This document shows, one piece after another, positions 57,877 through 64,000 of a stretch of 64,000 nt of DNA (the first letter of the stretch is position 1; each line of letters starts with the position of its first letter). The position numbers and the translations under genes are program-made. Below the pieces are notes generated by a model. It was not told the origin of the DNA. It saw only the letters and a list, made by a program, of their open reading frames with translations, and made no database searches. Origin of the DNA: Candidatus Omnitrophota bacterium (GTDB lineage Bacteria > Omnitrophota > Gorgyraeia > B26-G9); the NCBI GenBank assembly GCA_043826565.1, contig JBDRPX010000034.1:1096-65095 (forward strand), read 5' to 3'.

Positions 57877-58737
57877 TTACTTCAGAGAAGTTTCAACCTC
57901 ATTAGCCAGATAATTTTTCGGGTCTTTTTCTAAAGCCATACGCAAATATTTTTTTAAATTCTCCATATCCCCCTGACGCTGATATACCTGGCCCAGACGT
58001 ACATAAGCGTCAATAATATGCGGATCAAGCTCTATTGTTTTTTTTAAATATTCTTCGGCTTTATCAATATCCCCTCCGGCAATGGCCGGAGCCAGTAAAT
58101 AAAAACTTCCCAAACCAAAATAAACTCCGGGAAATTCCGGGAGCAGGCTTCTCGCTCTTTTTAAATTAGGAAATACCTGTAATCCATAAACCGCTTTGGC
58201 GATCGGCCCTCCGGTATCCGCAAGCATGCCCTTAGCTCCGGCGCAAATTAAATAAGCCCGCGTATAATTACTAATATCCACATTTTCTTTTCCCTGCCGG
58301 ATAACCTGATCCGCCAGCCGGACAGCTTGTTTGTAATTCTTTAAACTGAATTCCAGATAAGCCAGGGTAATATATGCCGGAGAAAATTCCGGATCGGCTT
58401 TAATGATCTCCTGCAGTTTAGTTTGGCTTTCGGCTAAATTATATTCACTTCTTTGTATTTCGCTCATGCCCCATTTAGCTTCGATCGACTGCGGGTTGAT
58501 CTTGAGCATTTTCAAAAATATTGCCTTCGCCTGATCCGGCTTATATTCATTAAGATAAACCAAGGCCAAAACATACAAAGAATCCAGCGAACTTTGATTT
58601 ACCCCGACTAATTCTTCGGCTTGGCTGATATTCAGCTTGTCCGCGGATTCATGGAGCATTTTCCAATCCAGGCCATAGCCATAAACACATTGTCCCAGGC
58701 AGAGAAAAACTAATAAAGTTATTTTAAGTTTTTTCAT
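57877..58737 (-). CDS. Secreted TPR-repeat protein
   Basis: Signal MKKLKITLLVFLCLGQCVYG; multiple TPR-like helix pairs. Confidence 0.55.
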   Translation of the reverse strand: MKKLKITLLVFLCLGQCVYGYGLDWKMLHESADKLNISQAEELVGVNQSSLDSLYVLALVYLNEYKPDQAKAIFLKMLKINPQSIEAKWGMSEIQRSEYNLAESQTKLQEIIKADPEFSPAYITLAYLEFSLKNYKQAVRLADQVIRQGKENVDISNYTRAYLICAGAKGMLADTGGPIAKAVYGLQVFPNLKRARSLLPEFPGVYFGLGSFYLLAPAIAGGDIDKAEEYLKKTIELDPHIIDAYVRLGQVYQRQGDMENLKKYLRMALEKDPKNYLANEVETSLK

Positions 58738-58828
58738 AGATTTATGGTAATTATATGTTGATAAATGATAATTGAGTATTGAAAATAGATAATATGGAAA
58801 ATATTTTTGTTTTTACAATGTTTAACTC

Positions 58829-58935
58829 TCTATGGTCTATGGTCTATGGTCTATGGTCTATGGTCTATGGTCTATGGTCTATGGTCTATGGTCTATGGTC
58901 TATGGTCTATGGTCTATGGTCTATGGTCTATGGTC
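58829..58935. repeat. Heptanucleotide tandem array (TATGGTC/TGGTCTA) of about 15 units
   Basis: A perfect 7-bp tandem repeat. It supplies the last codons and the TAG stop of the radical-SAM gene (..ADHRP*). Confidence 0.9.
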
Positions 58936-60540
58936 AGCTTCTAACATATTTAACTTAATTACTGGTTCTTTCTTTTTATTTAAATGGCCTTGCGCGGATT
59001 GGACCTTTTGCAAAAAATTGTCTTTCTTAAATCCCGCTTTCCATTTTTTTAAAACGATCCAGCCGCCGAAACGAATCAAAGAATTACGCCACGGCCGATA
59101 CCATCTTCGCCATCCGGCCCGGATATTATGCAAAAAGAAAACTAGTGAAGGAAAGGAAAATATATTCAGCCCGATCATAAACATATATTTAAACTCATAA
59201 AACCGGCCCATGATTTTTTTAACCGAATAAAGCATATCTTCGGCACTCAGCGGTTCATCCGGGGTAAATAGCGGAAAATTCCCGTCATAATATTCCCAGC
59301 CCACATCCGCCATAGGATAAACCCGGTTTTGTTTAATTAATCTCTCCCGCAATTCTGTGCCCGGCAAAGGCACCGGCAATAAAACCTGGATCGTGTCCAG
59401 TTTGGCCTTTTGAATAAAGCGCCGGAAATACCGAATGCGTTTTTTCGCGGACATCTTAAAAGAAACATTTTCCTGCATCGGATAACCGAAGATAAACATG
59501 CCGTGGACGAGAAAACCCATTTTACTATACACTCTGGTTAAATTGATCATCTCCCGCGGATTAATATGTTTATTCATGGCATTTAATTCTTCTTCTATCG
59601 GCGATTCATAGCCGATCGCCACCATGTTTACCCCGGCCGCGCGCATGGCTAAAAGAAGCTCGGTATCTTTAGCCTTGTCTAAGCGTATCTGCGTAATTAA
59701 ATCCAGCCTTCGGTTAATGCTTTTCTGGTAATGCGTTAACATGCGGCAAAAACGTATTGTTTCCTCACGCTGCTGGCCAAAAAGGTCATCCACGACAAAG
59801 AAGGCTTTGGCATTTTGCGTTTCGACCAAAGCACTGATCTGCTGAAGCAGCCGCTCCGGAGTGGCGCAGCGCGGTTTATCTCTTACCGTACAAAATTCAC
59901 AATTCATTCCACAGCCGCGGATTCTTTCTACCGGATATACTTTTAAGTCCGCGTAACGCAGCAGCGAAAAATCCGGCAAAGGCAGGCTGTCAAAATCAGT
60001 GATCTTTTCTCTTTCCGGGTTTACAATGATTTTTTCTTTATCTTTATAAGCAATGCCCTTAACCGCACGCAAATCTTTTTTATCTTTTAAGGCCGGGATC
60101 AGCTCTCTGATCGTATACTCACCTTCGCCGATAACCACATAATCAATATTTGAATTTAAAGCTTCCGCGATATTATCCTTAGCAAAATGCTGGCCGCCGG
60201 CAATCGTAATAATGCCTTTGGCTTTATAAAAACCGGCAAGTTCATATAATCGGGGGATGGTACTGGTTAAGCCGCCATAGAAACCAATAATATCCGCGGG
60301 CCTAAGTTTTTGCAGCAGTTCGTGGTCGGCACCTTTTTCCGGATTTTTCGGAGCATTGCGGTGAAGGTTATTTTCATCAATAACCTCAACATCCCAGCCT
60401 TCGATCTCATTGACCACACTGGCAATAGTAATGGGGCCTAAAGCCGTGGTTTTCCTGGCGATACCCGAGTAGATATTAAACGCGGGAAACGCCGGAAGAA
60501 TAATGCGAAATCTATATCTTTTTTTAACCAGATCAACCAT
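58921..60540 (-). CDS. B12-binding-domain radical SAM protein
   Basis: N-terminal cobalamin-binding Rossmann-like domain, radical-SAM CGMNCEFC, and a basic/aromatic C-terminal extension that runs into the heptamer array. Confidence 0.75.
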   Translation of the reverse strand: MVDLVKKRYRFRIILPAFPAFNIYSGIARKTTALGPITIASVVNEIEGWDVEVIDENNLHRNAPKNPEKGADHELLQKLRPADIIGFYGGLTSTIPRLYELAGFYKAKGIITIAGGQHFAKDNIAEALNSNIDYVVIGEGEYTIRELIPALKDKKDLRAVKGIAYKDKEKIIVNPEREKITDFDSLPLPDFSLLRYADLKVYPVERIRGCGMNCEFCTVRDKPRCATPERLLQQISALVETQNAKAFFVVDDLFGQQREETIRFCRMLTHYQKSINRRLDLITQIRLDKAKDTELLLAMRAAGVNMVAIGYESPIEEELNAMNKHINPREMINLTRVYSKMGFLVHGMFIFGYPMQENVSFKMSAKKRIRYFRRFIQKAKLDTIQVLLPVPLPGTELRERLIKQNRVYPMADVGWEYYDGNFPLFTPDEPLSAEDMLYSVKKIMGRFYEFKYMFMIGLNIFSFPSLVFFLHNIRAGWRRWYRPWRNSLIRFGGWIVLKKWKAGFKKDNFLQKVQSAQGHLNKKKEPVIKLNMLEADHRP

Positions 60541-60644
60541 TGTATATCCGGGTAATGATTATTGAAAATTGAGTATTGATAATTGAATATTGAAAGTAGA
60601 TAATAGAAAAAATATTTTTACAATGTCCAACTCTCTATGGTCTA

Positions 60645-60775
60645 TTCTCTATTGTCTATTCTCTATTGTCTATTCTCTATTGTCTATTCTCTATTGTCTA
60701 TTCTCTATTGTCTATTCTCTATGGTCTATGGTCTATGGTCTATGGTCTATGGTCTATGGTCTATGGTCTATGGTC
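60645..60775. repeat. Compound heptamer array: about 6 units of (TATTCTC TATTGTC) then about 8 units of TATGGTC, upstream of the radical-SAM gene
   Basis: Direct reading of 60645-60775. It lies in the promoter region of gene 58921-60540. Confidence 0.9.
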
Positions 60776-60807
60776 ATTATCTTTTCTCTCTACTCGCTAT
60801 TTATATA

Positions 60808-62433
60808 TTATACTCCAACAGCATATAATTCTTCACGTTGTTTTTTTATAGACTCATTAGCCAGATACTCATCTAAAGTATAACGCGGCCGGTCAATATA
60901 CCCCTGCGGAGTTATCTCCACAATGTGATCCGCCACGGACTGCACGATCGCATGGTCATGCGAAGCCAAAAGCAAAGTACCCTTAAACCGCACCAAGCCG
61001 TCATTAAGCGCGGTAATTGATTCCAGATCAAGATGATTCGTCGGTTCGTCCAATATCAGAGTGTTTGCCTTAGAAAGCATAACTTTAGCCAGCATACAGC
61101 GCACCTTTTCTCCACCGGAAAGCACTCCCACTTTTTTAAACACATCATCACCGCTAAACAACATCTTTCCTAAAAAACTACGCATGAAATTTTCATCCGT
61201 ATCCTTTGAATATTGCCGCAGCCAATCGATCAAAGATAAGTCCTGTTGAAAATACGGGCCGAAATCTTTGGGAAAATAACTATATTTTACGGCCGGGCCC
61301 CATTTATATTCTCCGGAATCTGCTTCGGTTGCTGCGGTCAATAATTCAAACAGCGCAGTCTTGGCCGCGTCATTAGGCCCTAAAAAGGCTACTTTTTCTC
61401 CTTTGTTTATCTGCAGGGTAAAATCTTTAAACATCTGCTCTTGGGAAATTGTCTTACTCAATTTTGTCACACTTAATAAATTATCTCCGCTGTCTTTTTC
61501 AAAAGCCAGGTCAATATACGGATATTTGCGCGACGAAGGTTTGATCTCCTCAAGATTAAGTTTTTCCAAAGCTTTCTTGCGCGAAGTTGCCTGACGCGAT
61601 TTGGAAGCATTCGCGCTAAACCGGGCAATAAATTCCAGCAGTTCTTTACGTTTTTCTCCGACCTTGTGGTTTTTATCCTGCCGCTGGCGCAGAGCTAATT
61701 CCCGCGACTGTGACCAAAAGCTGTAATTACCGGTATAGAGTTCAATTTTGTTAAAATCAATATCCGCCATATGCGTACAGACTTTATCTAAGAAATGCCG
61801 GTCATGAGAAACAATAACCGCGGTATTGTTAAACTCGATCAAAAATTCCTCCAGCCACATACAGGTTTCCATATCCAAATGGTTCGTCGGCTCATCCAAA
61901 AGCAATACATCGGGATTACCGATCAAAGCCTGGGCTAAAAGCACGCGCACTTTCATATTGGCATTAAGCTGTTTCATTTTCTGCTGATGCAACTCATCTT
62001 TAACGCCCAGATTACTTAAAAGTTTACCGGCTTCAGATTCAATGCTCCAGCCGTCCATTTTATTAAAGTCTTCTTCGAGTTCGGCCAGGCGATGCCCGTC
62101 AGCATCGGTAAAATCACTTTTCGCATAGATCAATTCGCGCTCGAGCATAATATCATAAAGATGTTTATGCCCCATGATCACGGTATTTAAGGCGGTTTCT
62201 TCATTAAAAGCAAAATGGTCCTGCCTTAACACAGAAATGCGCTGTCCCCGCGGCACAGAAACGGTTCCGGCACTTGATTCAATTTCTCCGGAGAGGATTT
62301 TTAAAAATGTTGATTTTCCGGAGCCGTTAGCTCCGATCAATCCATAGCAATTGCCGTCGGTAAAGATGAGGTTCACATCTTTAAACAAAGGCTCTTTGCC
62401 GAATTGTAAGGTTACGGAATTTACTTTGATCAT
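60808..62433 (-). CDS. ABC-F family ATPase (EttA/Uup-like translation factor); two ABC domains, no TM
   Basis: Two Walker A boxes (GANGSGKST; GPNDAAKT) and two signature motifs (LSGGEK..), with a PtIM-like linker. Confidence 0.8.
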   Translation of the reverse strand: MIKVNSVTLQFGKEPLFKDVNLIFTDGNCYGLIGANGSGKSTFLKILSGEIESSAGTVSVPRGQRISVLRQDHFAFNEETALNTVIMGHKHLYDIMLERELIYAKSDFTDADGHRLAELEEDFNKMDGWSIESEAGKLLSNLGVKDELHQQKMKQLNANMKVRVLLAQALIGNPDVLLLDEPTNHLDMETCMWLEEFLIEFNNTAVIVSHDRHFLDKVCTHMADIDFNKIELYTGNYSFWSQSRELALRQRQDKNHKVGEKRKELLEFIARFSANASKSRQATSRKKALEKLNLEEIKPSSRKYPYIDLAFEKDSGDNLLSVTKLSKTISQEQMFKDFTLQINKGEKVAFLGPNDAAKTALFELLTAATEADSGEYKWGPAVKYSYFPKDFGPYFQQDLSLIDWLRQYSKDTDENFMRSFLGKMLFSGDDVFKKVGVLSGGEKVRCMLAKVMLSKANTLILDEPTNHLDLESITALNDGLVRFKGTLLLASHDHAIVQSVADHIVEITPQGYIDRPRYTLDEYLANESIKKQREELYAVGV

Positions 62434-62641
62434 CTTACTTCATACTCCTGGTATAATTTAAATAATATTATACCTGATTACAGAGAATACTTAATTCATT
62501 AGTAAAAGGCATCCTGAACTTTATAAAATGTCTTTAATTTCCCAGGAAACGGATATTATATACTGGATTGGTTTATTATGCAAGAAAATGCGTCAGGAGA
62601 TCATTTCCGCGAATAGCATTCGTACTCCGGCTTAGAAATTT

Positions 62642-62830
62642 TTAGAATTTGTGACCTAAAGATATTTCGACCGCTCTCCCCGGACGGGCAAGAGGACGCG
62701 TGACTGTTCCGCCAACCTCATAAGCTTTATCCAGAACATTCGTAAGCGTAAGACGGCTATCCCAGTCTTTTACATTATAATTAAGGCTTAGATCCATAGT
62801 CGCCCATCCTTTTACCGCGTCAGCTCCGGT
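62642..62830 (-). pseudogene. Remnant: C-terminal roughly 60 codons of a TonB-dependent receptor
   Basis: ...DLSLNYNVKDWDSRLTLTNVLDKAYEVGG...GRAVEISLGHKF-COOH matches the terminal beta-strands and C-terminal Phe of TBDRs. No upstream TBDR body is present: the DUF1848 gene starts at 62865. Confidence 0.55.
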
Positions 62831-62864
62831 AATAGAATCGCTTGTTCTAACTTTTGAATAACGC

Positions 62865-63743
62865 CTACCCCTCACCCCGGGGGTGCGATTTTGGGGTATT
62901 TGTGGCATAACAATATTTACATCCAAACCGGCAGGTATTATTGCTTCCTATATCTTTGGACTTAACGCAGCCGCAGGCTTTTCTTTGCGCCGGGTCTTTA
63001 GAAGAAGTTACTTTGCGATCAATGATTCTCTGGATTAGCGCATTATCAATACATTTACCATGCTCTATGCCATAACAGGATAAATCCATCGGCTCCGCGC
63101 AGGTAACTACCCGGATCCCCTTCTCCGGCATAGATGATCCGATCCATTTCCCTAGTTCTAAATATGTTTTTGCTTCAAAAGCATGATCATCTAAAGTAAA
63201 AGTCTTGCTGGTTTCTTTTTCCAGGCGAATTTTTGTTTTTCGGTATGGATCAATAAAGCTTATAACCATTTGTTCTGTTTTTCCTTTAAGCTTTCCGAAT
63301 ATTTTTTCTATTTGATCTTTATGCCATGGCAAAGGCGTTAGATTAGAAAATAGTATCGGGTCATATCGCCAAATCACTTTTTCTTTTCCTATTCTATCGC
63401 TGAGTTCAAGAAATGTTTTGATCGCTCTATCCACAGACGGACATTTAGGGTCGATTTCCCGGGGATACCCCAGGATCGTATATTGGAAATAGTATTTATA
63501 TCCCCGTTCATCAAGCTCGGATAAATATTTCATTAAAGGCCCGGGGTCACGCGTCCAGAAAACGATTATTTCCACATCTTCCGGACGCAGGCTGATAGGT
63601 TTAGTTTTTTGTTTGGGATACATAGGATTGGGAACAATACAATATCCTTGCCTGATCCTATTCATAAACCACTCCGAATAAAAAGCAGGGATATCTGTTC
63701 TGCGGCTGGCGCTAATTATGGTTTTATGTTTTCTGTTCATCAC
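62865..63743 (-). CDS. DUF1848-family protein (Cys-rich C-terminus)
   Basis: IISASRRTDIPAFY start and C-terminal CGCV...CRFGCKYCYA match my recollection of the DUF1848/PF08902 family. Confidence 0.55.
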   Translation of the reverse strand: MMNRKHKTIISASRRTDIPAFYSEWFMNRIRQGYCIVPNPMYPKQKTKPISLRPEDVEIIVFWTRDPGPLMKYLSELDERGYKYYFQYTILGYPREIDPKCPSVDRAIKTFLELSDRIGKEKVIWRYDPILFSNLTPLPWHKDQIEKIFGKLKGKTEQMVISFIDPYRKTKIRLEKETSKTFTLDDHAFEAKTYLELGKWIGSSMPEKGIRVVTCAEPMDLSCYGIEHGKCIDNALIQRIIDRKVTSSKDPAQRKACGCVKSKDIGSNNTCRFGCKYCYATNTPKSHPRGEG

Positions 63744-63786
63744 GATCCCGCTTCACAGGATAAAGGCAAGGTTCGTCACTATGTGT

Positions 63787-64000
63787 CTAAAGTTCCATCA
63801 AATTTTCCTCGACGGAAACTTTCATCTTAAAATAAAAACCCAGATAAATGGCTGCGGACATAATTCCAAAGCCCAACAAAACATGAATCAGCTCCAGCCT
63901 CAATATGCCGGGTCTGATAATATGTGAACAGTTAAAAAAAGTGATTCCTCCCAAGAAAGCATTTATAATAGTTATAAGCACACAACTATTAATAAATCTT
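63787..64000 (-). CDS. Partial CDS (N-terminus beyond window) for a hydrophobic membrane protein
   Basis: The open frame continues to the window edge; the translated segment is a TM helix hairpin. Function unknown. Confidence 0.3.
   Translation of the reverse strand, partial: RFINSCVLITIINAFLGGITFFNCSHIIRPGILRLELIHVLLGFGIMSAAIYLGFYFKMKVSVEENLMEL

Noticed and set aside
58832-59200. ORFs encoding MVYGLWSMVYGLWS... (58832-59200, 60590-60883, 60637-60851)
   Set aside because: These are translation artefacts of the heptamer tandem arrays. They lie on the strand opposite to, or overlap, the real radical-SAM gene and its promoter.
58829-60775. Possible CRISPR array
   Set aside because: The units are 7 bp long, perfectly tandem, with no spacers. 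This is a microsatellite-type array, not CRISPR.
62831-62926. N-terminal 30 codons of ORF 62642-62926 (MDVNIVMPQ...)
   Set aside because: They overlap the DUF1848 gene out of frame and show no TBDR similarity. Only the distal part is a genuine receptor remnant.

Overview
This is an AT-rich chromosomal window from a diderm (Gram-negative-type) bacterium; the lineage is not identified, but the small, accessory-rich gene content suggests an uncultivated group. I infer diderm status from the outer-membrane and periplasmic gene set: a SurA-like chaperone, a TolC-like factor, a porin ending in Phe, a TonB-dependent receptor remnant, and periplasmic PstS and MsrAB. No rRNA, tRNA or CRISPR array was detected by eye. 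Housekeeping content: fhs; a short mfd; surA-pdxA-rsmA; miaA; a miaB-like gene; msrAB; a phoB-phoR-porin-pstSCAB-phoU block followed directly by a second pstSCAB-pstB-phoU block; a menA-like prenyltransferase with a polyprenyl synthase; an ABC-F ATPase; and a macA-macB-tolC efflux operon. The main finding is a family of at least 8 secreted proteins, 7 of them contiguous (8031-21748) and one partial at 1-1155. Their enzyme domains are unrelated and mostly ATP- or NAD-using types: GNAT, a Glu/Leu/Phe/Val-dehydrogenase-like domain fused to a uridine-kinase-like P-loop domain, a histidine-kinase-like ATPase, and a PEP-utilising phosphotransferase domain. All share one stereotyped Sec signal peptide with a Gln in the hydrophobic core (VQxFL), a mature N-terminal motif (T/K)L(S/A)P-x-phi-x-phi-x4-phi-x3-F, and a C-terminal tail phi-phi-x-x-[AS]-[IL]-COOH; 4 of 7 end exactly in (E/Q)QAI. 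I propose this bipartite N+C tag marks cargo of an undescribed sorting, assembly or delivery system. Other features: a duplicated promoter plus 11-codon sORF module (M[KE]KTF[FY]I[RK]TFG) upstream of antitoxin-like genes; heptanucleotide tandem arrays (TGGTCTA)n on both sides of a B12 radical-SAM gene; related short repeats inserted in-frame into the miaB-like gene; a MITE-like inverted-repeat element in two copies; apparent gene conversion between two phoU paralogs; Pho-box arrays; an AbiEi/AbiEii module; and a TonB-dependent receptor remnant.
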